Assembly (NCBI GenBank): GCA_964016885.1
Contig: OZ024741.1
Coordinates: 198,896,001-198,960,000 of the forward strand
From: Eledone cirrhosa
Lineage: Eukaryota
DNA: 64,000 bases
Direction of reading: 5' to 3'
Shown here: positions 50,141 through 64,000 of the stretch, one piece after another
Layout: each line of letters opens with the position of its first letter
Position numbering within the stretch: position 1 is the stretch's first letter
The notes under the pieces: model-generated
The model's input: the letters and a program-made list of their open reading frames with translations, nothing else
Told to the model about the DNA's origin: nothing
Databases searched by the model: none
Program-made: the position numbers and the translations under genes

Positions 50141-50575
50141 CAACATCATCGTTTAATGTCCATTTTCTATGCTAGCATGGGTTAGGAGGGTTGTCCCATT
50201 AGAGGCAAGTTGGGTCGGGTCACCAAGTCTTGCTCATATACGACTGTTTCTGGCTAGATTTCTACAGCTGGATGCCCTTCCTAACACCAACCACATTTAC
50301 AGTGTGTGCTGGGTGCTTTTTGTCGTGACTTCTACATGACCACTTTACAGTGTGGGCTGGGTGCTTTTAGTCATGACACTTACATAGCCACTTTACAGTG
50401 TGAGCTGGGTGCTTTTTGTCGTGACTTCTACATGACCACTTTACAGTGTGAGCTGGGTGCTTTTTGTCGTGACTTCTACATGACCACTTTACAGTGTGGG
50501 CTGGGTGCTTTTAGTCATGACACTTACATAGCCACTTTACAGTGTGAGCTGGGTGCTTTTTGCCGTGACACCTAA
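50141..50575 (-). mobile_element. RTE-tail SINE with ~47-bp tandem array
   Basis: Six units of two alternating variants (ccactttacagtgtg..ctgggtgctttt..tc.tgac). Confidence 0.85.
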
Positions 50576-51699
50576 TATATATATACAATAGAATTATGTA
50601 AATACAACAATGGATGTAAATTTTGTATTAGTAATGAGGAAGATGTGATCCTTGCTAGTATCATGTATCTAATTCATGCAGTGAGATATAGAGCATAATG
50701 TAATGAAAACATTGCAGAATACAATTCAAAGAAAGGATAAGCCAAAATTAAATGTGATAATATTAAAAAGAATTGGCAGTATTATAAATGTTATACACCA
50801 ATAAAATTCATGAGTGATAGTGCAATGCTTCAATAAAAATATCGATAAGCTGTAAGCATTTGTTTTCTTGTTTAGCTATAATAGAAGTTATTTATCCTGC
50901 AGATACAATAATTAAATATAAATAGAGAAAATGTGTTTATGGAAGAGTATTCTGCAACTTCTATGCCAAGATTAAATTACCCCTATCAATTTAGTTACAG
51001 ATACAACACTATGACTTTCTATGATATAGAAAATTTGTTATGGAGATTCCACATATTTCTTAAGTAGAATATTCCCCACGATTTATATAGATACTAAGAG
51101 TATAAAAGAAAAATACAATAATATTCCATGTTTATGGAAATTTAACAAAAATATATGACAAAATATTTGAAGGATTTTAAAAATCTTGATGCCATCTCTT
51201 ATTTATTCATCACCACTGGCACCACTACTGTTGTCATCATCATTTTTCTTCCACTTTAGTATTTCACAATTTACTAAGTCTCTTATCTTTGCTCTGATGA
51301 CAGATAACTATGAAAATGTAGCAGTACAGATGTCAGTCTTAACTTTCTGCTATAATTCCATTTACATTTAGAATGATATTTTATTTCATCAATCCCGGAG
51401 AGTTAAAAGACATAGTTGTCATTGGCAGGAGTTATAAACATAAAAGACACTCTCTAAACTAGACATGGGCAACACTTTCTGAGCAGTGGGCCACATGAGA
51501 TATGGCTTATCATAAAATTGGCTGCACTGCTAAGAAATACAAGGTAATGTTTCATTTGACGTGCCATTCAGAAAGTTAAGCAGGCTGCAGTTTTCCCATA
51601 ACTGATTTAAACACTGCAGGCATTTTGTTTGTTATTCTAAGGATTCTGTTAATTTACTGCCTGGTGGATGTGAGTTCGAAAAGTTACACAATCTTTTCT

Positions 51700-52013
51700 C
51701 ATTCTACAATTCATATATCTTTATATACACTGAAGTCTTTTGAAATCTATTTGTCATTGACACTAGACTCCAGACAATCAAAGGGATCATTATGCTCTTC
51801 TGAATCTAGACTTAGTATTGCTGTCTTGAAAATATGGCAAGGCTCTAAAGAATTATTGAGTGTTGACACCTGACACCTGCTAAACTGTTCAAATGTGTAT
51901 GCATTGTATGCATATGACATAGATGAGACATTTTTCAACTTCATATTTTTGTCTTGTATCTCTGGGTCTGTCTAGCACTTACTCTAATGATACTAATCAC
52001 TACATTATGTCAC
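51700..52013 (-). pseudogene. Decayed M12B C-terminal exon
   Basis: Acceptor tttttctcag; SAR(H)DPE (1-nt deletion), then SSMSYAYNAYTFEQFSRCQ...FDCLES. Confidence 0.45.
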
Positions 52014-52729
52014 CTGAGAAAAAAATCAGTTCTCTAGTCTGAGAATAAATTTCTTCTTCTCACTAGTGTCAGAGATACTGAAAAGGACCATGAGTTCTAC
52101 CCTGTCTCCTCAGACTACACAGTTAAAACAATATTGGAAGTGATGATGGAATTCACTCACAGGAATCCCCTTGATATTCATGAAAGATGTTAGATAAATA
52201 AGTATATATGTTTTCTTCTTTTTATAAATATCACAATGTTGTTGCAATATTTGTATTCACTTGGCAGTGTGGCTTTTACGACAAGATCCTTAGCAGCTTT
52301 AATGTGTATTTGATGTATTTTAGTTTTTTGTTTGCTTGTTTGTTTTATCTGTTGTATGCTGTTAAATGTTTTCAATGGCTAATGGATTGTTTAAGTTTAC
52401 TTTTTGGTCAGTTAGCATATGAGAGAATATCTATCTAGAACTGAAAGAAATGTTTGATAAACAGGTCTACATTGGAATTTTCTAGCTTCTAGTAATTTCC
52501 TAATCAATATTGTTTTACTTGTATGCTTTCATTCTTTTACTGATTTCAGTTATTAGTGCACAACCATGCTGGGCATTAGCTTCAAGAAATTTAGTTGATT
52601 ATATTCACCACAATACTTATATTAGTCTGACACTTATTTTATTTATCTCTGTTTGTCAAACTGCTAAGTTATGGGATGTAAAGGGGTACAATATAAATAC
52701 AACACCAAGTAAACGCAATGCCAGACTCA

Positions 52730-53495
52730 ACTCAAAACAACACCATCCAGCCCCACACCGCAAACACAATCAATGTCAGGCCCACGAGGGATTTATCGTG
52801 GTCATCCAGTGCAGGGATCCAGAAGTAAAATGTGATTTCATATTGAGAAGGGTTCATTGCATAGAGAGTGACCAGCTCCGAAATTGGGTGCCGCTGTGAG
52901 AAGGGTTTGGCATGACCAACAGGTTTATTCCTCCTCATAGTGGCGTCATCTTGTGCAGGGCTCCAAAACTGTGGTTCCGCGGTGAGTTGGGTTTGACGTG
53001 GCCAACTGGCCTGTCCCTCCTCATAGCCGTACCATCCAGTCCCAGGCTCCCAAAATGTGGTTTCATATTGGGAAGGGTTCGTCGTGTGGAGAGTGTCCGG
53101 CTCCAAAACTGGGGTACCACTGTGAGAAGGGTTCGGTGCTGCCAAATTGGCTTGTCCCTCCTCATAGTGGTGTCATCCAGTGCTGGGCTCCAAAAACTGT
53201 GTTTCTGCTGTGAGCCAGGTTCCCAAACTGTGGTTCCACACCTGTCCTTCCTCATAGCAGCAGCATCCAATACTGGGTCCCAAAACTATGGTTACATTGT
53301 GAGATGGGTATGGTGTGGTCAACTGGCCTGTCTCTCCTCATAGTGGTGCCATCCAGTACTGGATCTCAAAACTATGACTACACTGTGTTAGGCTTTTTGT
53401 GTCACTGCCATCCAGTACTGGGCTCCAACTGGTCCCTCCACGTAGTGGTGCCATCCAATGCCAGATTCCCAAACTGTGGTTCCACACCAGTCCAT
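52730..53495. repeat. Diverged variable-period tandem repeat
   Basis: Core tccctcctcatagtggtgccatccagt.ctgggctccaaaactgtgg recurs about 8-9 times. Confidence 0.75.
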
Positions 53496-53869
53496 CCTTA
53501 AATATCTATACTGATAAACAACAATAATAGCAACAATAAAAACAAATAGATCAGTAGAACAGCAATAGGCTAGCAATGTCTTTAACTATGAAACTTCAGA
53601 TATTCAAGTTTCAGCTTCCAATGAATGATATCACTTGTTAGTTTATTATACTCTCTTTTTTCTTCCCCTTGTAGAGACTATATAAATCCCATATAGCTCA
53701 ACTGACATGTCTATCTTAAACCAATAACTGGAATGGAATTTGGTGATTCCAAATGTGTATTTTTTGCAGGGTGGTTAGACAAGAAAAAACATAAAATCTG
53801 TCCAGCAATTCTTTCCTGGGACATTCTAGCCAGAGATTTTATGGGAATAACCAACCAGCAGAAGACCCA

Positions 53870-55250
53870 GGGGTAGATGCTGAACAAGAGGGTTGGATAA
53901 CATCTATGAGCTTGGCCAACATAGCATCACCTAGGTACCGAACATTGAAAGGGGATGTGATGTTCTGAGCAATGTGGTCTATCCTAAGAGCAAAGAGGAA
54001 GGGGCCCAAAGGGTCACCCTGCTGGACCCCAGTGACTGAAGGTATGACTGTGTCAACAGCAAGGAGCATGCATGGGGTTCCATACAACAGGTAGCCCAGC
54101 AAGTAAGCAGAGGGGCCTCGGCTGAAGCAGGCCTTGAACAGATGGTCATGATGTATGTAGTTAAAGGCATTCCTCCGGTCAAGCTTGACAATGAGATGCC
54201 TGGCGTTCCTTGACACCAGTTCCAGTGGGCAACTGTTGAAAAACTGCCTAGCTGCATGTGCATCCCCCTCACACCCACTGTACACCCCGACCCCTAGTTG
54301 CACAGGGCTGAGCTCCTCATCCAGTTCAGGTGTGATTGACCTACAGACCACCTTGGCAGCCAGCTTCTGGAAGACATTGGTCTCCGCCAAGTGGCATATG
54401 CCACCCTCTTCTTCTTGAGAGCGGTCAGGCTGGCTGATAAGAAGAGGCTCGAGGTGTATGGGTCCAGGGTGCCATGGTGAACCTATTGATGAGAACCACA
54501 ATTGCACTCAGAAGCCCACACCTGGCTTCGGCTGATAGGGGATGGTAACACTTTAAGGTGGCCAGGTTGGAGACCATCAGTACTTCTGTTGCTGCTGGCA
54601 GAGAAGGACTTGATGGCAAACAATATGTTTGCATCTGATGCCACATATAGCAGGTAAGGATAAGGTGGAGGTATGGGTCTGAGATCTGTGGGTGGCTCAG
54701 GATGCTTGGGCTGAAGAGCAGCCAAGACCTCCTCAGTGGTATTGAGCATGGTGTCTTCTGAAGCAACTACTCTGACCTTGACTGAGACATCATCCCTGAT
54801 TAGTTTGGTGCTTACACGGTCACATAAATGCTTTGTGCTGGCCTCAGCGGTGGAGGATTGAGGGCACACGAGAGCAGAGGGTGTGACGTCATTGGGCACA
54901 CTTGGGATGGGTGCTTGCCTAAAGGACAAAATGTTAGCCTTGATGAAAGCTGCTGTTGACAGGCCGCCTCGGTCAGCGCCATAGTTGAGGAGGGCAAGTG
55001 GGGTGAAATGGAAGAAGCGCTCACAGGGCCCTCTCAATTGAGGGTGGCGTCGCTCACCGGCACCCTGGCTGCTTTCGAGATCTCGAGCAGTATCTTCCGG
55101 AGCTGCCTGAGCCGAGTGATGTTGACTAGCGAGGCTTGAGCAACACACCAGCTCGCTGTCTCATCTGGTAGTGTAGTGGACGCCTGCAGCTGTGCAGACG
55201 AGGGGAAGAGACAGTTAGTAATTCTCCATGCTGTGAAGGTACTGGAGGCT
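53870..55250 (-). mobile_element. Degraded CRE-clade-like non-LTR retrotransposon
   Basis: QLGVGVYSGCEGDAHAAR, KLDRRNAFN, TGVQQGDPLGPFLFAL, YLGD (from YLDD); GC-rich block. Confidence 0.75.
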
Positions 55251-56439
55251 TGATGAGTCAGGCCAACTCAAGAAAGGTGGTGGAAACAGTCGCACTCTGA
55301 ACAGTACTGGCCTTTCTACTATCTGTTCATGCTGGTGTTGCCTTGTGGGGATGGAGAGTATGGTGTGGAGCTGGGACTGGAGCACTATGCGGCAACACGG
55401 GTGTGTGGCTGGTTGTCTCCAGCCAGGGTGCTTAACCCAGCGGTGAGTGGGTGAAGGGGAGAAGCTGGAATTACAGGGAAGCGGGCGGGGTGATGATATG
55501 AAGGAGGCAGCATATCTCACCTACAACAGATCCGAAGGCAACAGCAACAAAATATGGATGCATGCATATATACACAAAGATGCATGCATATATACACAAA
55601 GATGCATGCATATATACACAAAGATGCATGCATACATACGTGTAATACGCACACATACCTCTCTCTCTCCATATGTATATATATATAGATACACACATAT
55701 TCATATTTTCTTTAGAATATATTCGAGATTTACTATTTGCGATTATTTCCTTCATGTAGACATTGGCCATAGCCCCGGCTAACTCTATTAGTCATAGAGC
55801 ATTCGTTTAAACGAACTGATACAGTACATGTGTCTGGTTACCACGTGTATACACCCATGTACACACACAAACATACGTAAGTGTGCGTGTGTATTCAGTG
55901 GGTTGCAAAGTCAAATAAAGGATAATTCTTCACCCCAAAAAGTGAAGTTTTAGCAGGTCTAAGAGTTAGTTTTGTTTCTATATTAAAAAAGATATATTTG
56001 AAATGTTCATTTAACCCTATATAAGTAAAAATCAGTTTTATGTGGTGTTGGGTTTAAAGTAATTGCTAATTTTATCAACACTGATACAAAATTTAAAGCA
56101 TATTCGGTTTATTTTAAAGCCTGCCAGTTATATCTTTATATTTTGTAATCAAAGATAAAGAAATCTTCGCAGAAATAATGGTTAATTCGTAAATAGATAG
56201 GGAATATTTCGAAGGTTTGAATTAACTTCGTTTGAATACTTTTCTTGGAAAAAAAATTACATTCTTTAGATTATATAAATAAGAAAAACACGCGAAGAAA
56301 GATAGTTTCCCGCTGTTTCTAATATTTCCAACCTTTGTTAGCTTCTCAGATTTTAAGGGAAGTTAATGTCATCTTGTTTAGCATAGCGGTTGTGAGGATT
56401 TTAAAAGAGGAAGTTTTAGAGTAATTTAATTGTTTAAGG

Positions 56440-57070
56440 GTTCGTTTCCTGTTTGATAGTCACTTCTAAATAAACAGCTGTAGGTTCAGTCGCGACTGTC
56501 AGCAGCCTGACTTTGTTCAACCGACTACTATATTATAATATAAAAATTAAAGTAAAAACAAAATTATTATAATTATAATGACGTTGATAAAGCAGTGTCG
56601 TCAACGAAGCGAACCCTTTGTTGCAGTTAGAGATGAACTTAAAGACTGTCAGTCGTTATTTTATTGTTGGTTAGAGTAGAGACGACGACTACAACGGTGT
56701 GACGGCAGTAGTGGAAAATAGCGACGACGACGACTATACATGCTCACATCAATCGAGTAGCGGCAGGTACTCGCTTTGGGTCCATCTAATTCTTGCTTGG
56801 CACCACTGACTTGCCTGGCACTATTCGAGACACTACTTTATCTTGTAGTTTCTCCCCCTTAAAGTCTTTTTTTAAGAATATTAACTCAGGCCCCTTTCTC
56901 CTATTTTCTTCACTGTCTCCTCATTTCTCTCGTTACATATAAATACACACACACTTACATGTATATATATAATATATACAACCCACGGATCTAGCTGACC
57001 ATGTGAAAGAGCTCGCCGATAACTAAAGGCTGTATTTTAAGCCTTCTAAACATTTGGGCGTTTTACAATC
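56440..57070 (+). promoter_or_regulatory. Putative promoter and 5' UTR of the myosin gene
   Basis: Repeat-free, CpG-enriched; TAAATAAA then TCAGT initiator-like motif at ~56487; directly upstream of ATG 57071. Confidence 0.45.
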
Positions 57071-57110
57071 ATGGTATCGGTGTTAGATGGACCAGAATTG
57101 GTAAAGGAAG
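57071..57110 (+). CDS. Unconventional myosin, first coding exon
   Basis: acaatcATGG start, MVSVLDGPELVKE(G), phase-1 donor AG|GTAAAC matching the phase of the next exon. Confidence 0.7.
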
Positions 57111-57492
57111 GTAAACATGTGATTACTTATTTTTGTTTTTCACCTTTTTTCTTAAACACCCTTTAATTCGCTTACTACACACCCATTTGTCTTTCTATCA
57201 TTTATTCTACTCGGATGGAGGAAAAAAATAACCATTAAGTACTTAAAATATACCTATTAAATTTCCAACGCTTTTCTCTATTTCCAACAATGTTTTGTGT
57301 TGTTTATAATATCATATTTTTCCTTCTTTCCATCATCGACGAGACATATCTTAGATTTCATGTGTTCAATGAAGAAGGTTTTTATTTTACTAAAGCAGGT
57401 TTTCTTATAGTTTGTTGTACGTGTTATTTATTCATGTATTATATGTACTAAAAGATGTAATTGATTATTACATTAATCATGTTACTTTTAAG

Positions 57493-57599
57493 GTACAAGA
57501 CCGCAGGATGGAGTCCGTGATATGATTATTATTAGCAATATTGATGAAAATGGCGTGAATACAAATCTGCAAACACGTTATAACAAAGATCTGGTTTAT
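57493..57599 (+). CDS. Unconventional myosin, second coding exon (start of motor domain; resembles invertebrate class XXII / MyTH4-FERM myosins)
   Basis: (G)TRPQDGVRDMIIISNIDENGVNTNLQTRYNKDLVY matches the myosin head N-terminal motif GVxDM..l..l.E..i..NL..RY..d.IY; acceptor cttttaag. Confidence 0.88.
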
Positions 57600-57608
57600 G
57601 TATCCTTT
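57600..57608 (+). other. U12-type (minor spliceosome) 5' splice site
   Basis: GTATCCTTT exactly at the exon boundary. Confidence 0.85.
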
Positions 57609-60600
57609 CACGATCCATCTGACGATAAACAATATTTTGGTGTATATTTGTCTCATAAGGGGCTGTTGTTTTACTTGACAAATCTCTGAAGACATACTTG
57701 TCTGTCAGAATCAATCGATTTAAGTCCACGCACTTGTTTTACTATTCTTCCTGCAACCAAACAAAACCGTGTTTGTTTATTTTGCGTCTCTGCGTTTGTG
57801 TGCGTGTGCGTATAATTAATTGATAGAAAACCTGTGTTCTTTTATTTTACCTATTTCCTAACAAACCGTGGAGATGACTTAACTACTTATCTTTTTCGAA
57901 CACAACATTCTTCTTCAACTTTAACCAATATTTTATATTCTACATTTTCAGCTTTCTCTACAATCGATTATATCTAAATACAACTTTTAAATTACGTGTA
58001 TTTATTTATGAATGGTCCGAGTAGTGTCTGGTGTTTTCTTTTTTTGTACTCTTTGTAGTGGACCCGCTAGCCCCGAAGGCCTTTGTTCTCCCGATTCTGC
58101 ACATGCAGCTAGTAACTCGTGTAAACTTAGCCTGAACTATGCACAACTACTTCGCATATCTGCCTTACTAACGCACACCATGCACATGCACTTAACACTT
58201 ATTCATGCAACATAGATATATTCATCGTTGTTATTGTCATTCTTTCCGTTAGTTTCATCACTCACTCACTATTGAACTTATAAGATTAATCAATACCGTT
58301 TTTAAACTATCCTATACTTTATCTTTCTCTCGCTGCACTTTATAATTTGAAAGTATGTCTATAAAATGATTATTGAAAATACTTTCAGATGTTATATATA
58401 ATGAATATTTCTTTCTTTCCCTTATGGTTACCTTTTTCTCAGATTGTGCACGCGCACACTAGTAGACAAACATTAAAACAATAAAGAGAGAACGGGGTGT
58501 AACAACAATCCATTAGAAACATAAAAAAAATAGTAATTAATAATAGTACGGCAGTTGCAACTAGACTTTGAATTTAGAAATAAATCACCCTTAAAGCTAG
58601 TTCGGATCTTAAGTGACTGTCACTATCTAGAAACCCTAATTACATTCACCTCATTGTATATTCAACCATGTATTCTACGCCAGTTCTCCTGGGAGAAGAA
58701 ACAGGAGTGACGATCTATTCATACCTGCTCAGTCTGACAAAAAAAAAAAAGTAGTTTTACTTCAACTGCTACTACCAGTGTCTATGATGATGATGATTGT
58801 TCGATGTTAACCTTTCACTATGACTCATCGAATCCCACTGGGTCGAATTTATAACCATTTTCTGTCTGTTTACTCAAAGAGTTTCTCTCGATTAAAAAAA
58901 AATAATCTATTGTTCATATATCCTCCACAGTTGTCCAGTGAGAAATACTCTTACTTTTTTGGCTTTCTTATATTTTGGTTATTGTTTAATCTGTTTGTTG
59001 AACCAGCAATATTAGGACCTATAAATATATAATCTTGAGACAAGTATCTCGCTTCTTAAACATTATTCAACATCTTAATGAGCTTTCAAAATTATTTCTT
59101 ATTCATGGATTAGTAATAAAAGTATTGAAATCTAGTCATTACCAAGTATTTTCAGCAATTTTTTCTTTACTCCACATAACCGTTCCTTCGTTCTTGCCAC
59201 CCTGTCAAATAAGTATTTAATTTGTTGAATAAACAAAGACTTTCTTTTGTTTGTGCAATTTCCAGGCCTGAGGCAATTATAACCGCTGGCTTTTAGCGTC
59301 ATTTTCATTCATTATTTTAGTTCAGTGAGTTAGTTGACACCTTTCACTCTCAATGTGTAAAGAAAAAAATATTTTCTTTTTTTTTTTATTCTACGAGGTC
59401 AAATAATAATTTATTGCAAGCTAAGAGAGAATTAATTAATAGAAAGCATTGCCAAGTAAGCGACATAAACAATCCAAAGACACAGTTTTCGGCGACTTGA
59501 CAGTACTAAAGATAGGGATTTTTAACATTGGCCCCAACTTTCTGAGGAGTTCACAGTCGATTTGATTGGTTTCAGTTTTTGGTTAGTACTTATTCTATCG
59601 ACCACGAAAGCATAAAGAGCAATGCCCAGTCTGGCGACGTTTAAACTCGGGAGGTAGAGACGAAACTAAACCCTTCCCCATTGCTCAATAGTTTCTGCCA
59701 AATAATATTGATAATTTCGTTTATTGAAATTATGCTAAAGAAAATGTTTTCTTTATTATTTCTATTCCAAGTAGACTAGTACTTAAAAATTATATTTTAA
59801 TAATTTATTTTTAGGATAATTACATAAATGTACAAATGACATACGGGATTAAAATGTATGCGTAATTTTGGAGAAATACCCACTTACAGAGACAAATGTA
59901 GGGTTAGGACCGAGTACCTTGTGATTGGAAAGCGAACTTCTTGTGGGAAAATATAGAAAATGCATTGTTTGTATGTATGTGTGTGTAAATTTTAAAGAGT
60001 TACAAACGGATATATATATATATATATATAAATATATATGTATGATTTCATTTGAAACCGTTGTAGTTTTGATTCACGGTTGAAACTTTTCTCTTTGCTT
60101 GTAACTCTAGCTGCACATTTCTAGTTTGCTTTGTCTAAAAAATTTCAAGTCTGATGTCTATTATAGTCGCAGTTCGTTCTTGTATTTTTCGACTGTCACT
60201 TTCTCCCCTGCTCTCATCCACTGACTGCATCTTGCTACTGTCGTTGTCGCTGCACTTTAACACACTGTTCGCTTGAAGTAACTTTCGGGGAAGACCCCCC
60301 AAAAAGCTTGCGAATGATTTCCAAGCTGCACATCACATTACCGCACACACTACGACACACCAACTCTCTCCGGCGTCGCCTCGCTCTTTCTTAGTGTTTG
60401 TTATAATTACAGTCTTACCTCAAGATGCATTGCACGTGGCTAGTCTTCTCTACCGTCACACTATCACGTGCATGTGTGCATGGGAGAGAGTGACTTAACA
60501 AGTTGCGTTTTAATCTTGACTCGTTCGTTACAAAATCATTATTTCCACATAAGACATGAGGCTGCTTGTTGTCATAGCAACCGACCTTCTTTCTCTTCAC

Positions 60601-61389
60601 TCTGCTTTTCTGCCACCCCCACCCCGCTACACACTTTCATTTATTCTACCAGTCTGCTACCACAATTTCGCAAATCTCGTTTCTCTGTCTCCAGTTTTTG
60701 GAAATCATTCCCCGTACTGTCAACCTGTCCGGGAATGTTTAGCGTTTTATGCTGCATATTTAAGGAAACATTTATGGAATGTGTTTAGTGCAACGAAATA
60801 AGTAGAGATGCTATTTAGCGAATCAATCCGATACTATAAATTTGTGAAGTAACGTGGAAATTTAATCACTGGAAATAATTAATCACTAAAAACTTGACTT
60901 TCAGCTTTGCCCACATATTAGTTTGCGTTTTATTTTTGGAGTTCGACATATATAGTTTTAGTTTGTCATATTTTTTTTCTAATCGATATGTTAACTATTT
61001 CCAGAGAATGCTGTGGTTTGTTTAAATTTGAAATGATTTCTATTTCATAGCTAACTGATAGATTCGTCTTTGATTGGATGTAAAATTACTGTAGGAATTT
61101 TCATTTTATACGTTTTATCTTATTGATACCGAAATACCACGTTCACCACCACTACGACCAACAGTCGTCTAGCATATTACAATTGGTCCATTTCATTTGT
61201 CCGAGTCATCATCATCAAATAGATAAATAAGGCTATATTATAAGTAATTGCTCCCCGTCTTACAATTTATGTAGCGCTATTTTCTTTTTCCTTTCTTTTT
61301 CCTTTTTTACAAATATATATATATTGATTTAAGCATAAGACACAATTATATATAATTTCACATATAATATTAATATAATATAAATATAA

Positions 61390-62718
<1,329 letters not shown>

Positions 62719-64000
62719 AGAAAAACACTCATCAGAAAAACACTCATCAGAAAAATTAAGAGAACGAACAAAAAAATCAACAAGCTGAAATACTGTCAGC
62801 AGCAACACATCAACTTGACTGCCATTTCATCACTAGAGATTAAAAAACATAACCTCCAAAACAACATAATGTCCCTCATCAACAATCAGAGAAGAGCTGA
62901 AGAGGCCTGGGCCATTGAGAAGATCAAACTCAATCCCAAAGTGTTCTTTTCATTTGCAAAAAAACACAAAATCACTGGCTCTACTGTTGGCCCTCTAATT
63001 GATGAAAATGGCACTCTTCAAGACAATGCTAAAACCATGGGTGAGATACTGCAGAAACAATACTGCTCTGTTTTCAGCAATCCTGATATGGCCGATCTGG
63101 GCTGTATCGGCGATGTTACTCCCCATTACACCTTATCGGACATAACGTTTGGCGCCCCTGATGTCTTGGCGGCAATAAAGGAAATCAAGCATAATTCAGC
63201 AGTAGGTCCCGATAGGTTCCCTGCTTGTGTCTTGAAGGCGTGTCAACACCAACTTGCTTCTCCTCTTGCCAATCTGTGGCGGAACTCACTGGATGCTGGA
63301 TATGTGCCAGAAAACCTTCTATCCCAGTCTGTTGTCCCAGTTTTCAAAAAGGGAAACAAATCCCTTGCCGTGAATTACCGTCCAATCTCACTCACCTCTC
63401 ATATCATTAAGGTATTTGAGCGAGTGGTGAGATCGCGAATGACCCACTTCCTTGAGAGTAACAATATGCTGAACTCCAACCAGCATGGATTCCGTAATGG
63501 AAGGGATTGCCTGACGCAACTACTGCATCACTTTGATGACATTTTGAGAGCCTTGGGAGAGGGTTCCAACACTGATGTTATCTACCTTGATTTCAGCAAG
63601 GCCTTTGACAGGGTTGATCATAACATTCTACTGAGAAAGCTGTCCAATATTGGTGTCACTGGAAAGCTGCTGCAGTGGATCAAGAGCTTCCTGTCAAACA
63701 GAACCCAACATGTTGTAGTTGAGGGAGTCAAATCAAGCCCAGCCAAAGTCAGTAGTGGAGTCCCACAAGGCACTGTGTTGGGCCCACTTCTCTTCATCAT
63801 CTATATTAATGACATCACTGACATCATCAAACACAGCAACATTAAAATTTTCGCTGATGATTCCAAGCTCCAAAAGGTCATCAATGGCGTGGATGACCGG
63901 ATAAGCCTTCAGTCAGACCTACTGGCTGTTACCCAATGGGCAGAAAAGAACAACATGCTACTGAACGAAGACAAATTCGAACTGATCCACTTTGGAAAAG
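62719..64000 (+). mobile_element. 5'-truncated CR1/L2-group LINE, RT frame open to the window end
   Basis: [80 protein letters not shown]. Confidence 0.95.

Noticed and set aside
52730-53495. CRISPR-like repeat-spacer appearance
   Set aside because: Repeats are degenerate, spacers are related to each other, there are no cas genes, and the context is eukaryotic.
57477-57729. Minus-strand ORFs of 65 and 72 aa
   Set aside because: Antisense to the myosin exon, which has far stronger motif and splice support on the + strand.
57850-57885. U12 branch point for the myosin intron (ttcctaac / gacttaac)
   Set aside because: Imperfect match and not followed by an exon encoding TYxGxILxAVNP.

Overview
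Eukaryotic, AT-rich, extremely repeat-dense genomic DNA. The repeat inventory (RTE LINEs with (GAT)n tails, Nin-domain and Meta-type tRNA SINEs, long TA/CA microsatellites) suggests a cephalopod, probably an octopod; this is inference. One clearly functional host gene starts near the right end: the first two coding exons of an unconventional myosin on the + strand (57071-57110, 57493-57599). Its second intron begins with a perfect minor-spliceosome (U12) donor, GTATCCTTT. The unique DNA between repeats in 1-52 kb carries scattered minus-strand exon-like pieces that appear to be a decayed tandem array of ADAMTS-like reprolysin (M12B) metalloprotease modules. The rest is nested mobile DNA: several RTE families (one with an intact RT ORF carrying a PHD-like finger, one with a twin-priming-type 5' inversion), CR1/L2, CRE-like, Gypsy, hAT, mariner, piggyBac-type MITEs and two complete non-autonomous Helitrons. 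The most notable hidden layer is a set of minimal type I hammerhead ribozymes (four with intact cores, several decayed) inside TA-flanked, often inverted-repeat elements typical of Penelope-like retroelements/retrozymes. Most ORFs in the supplied track are microsatellite artefacts. All calls were made by eye, without database searches; repeat boundaries are approximate unless termini are quoted.
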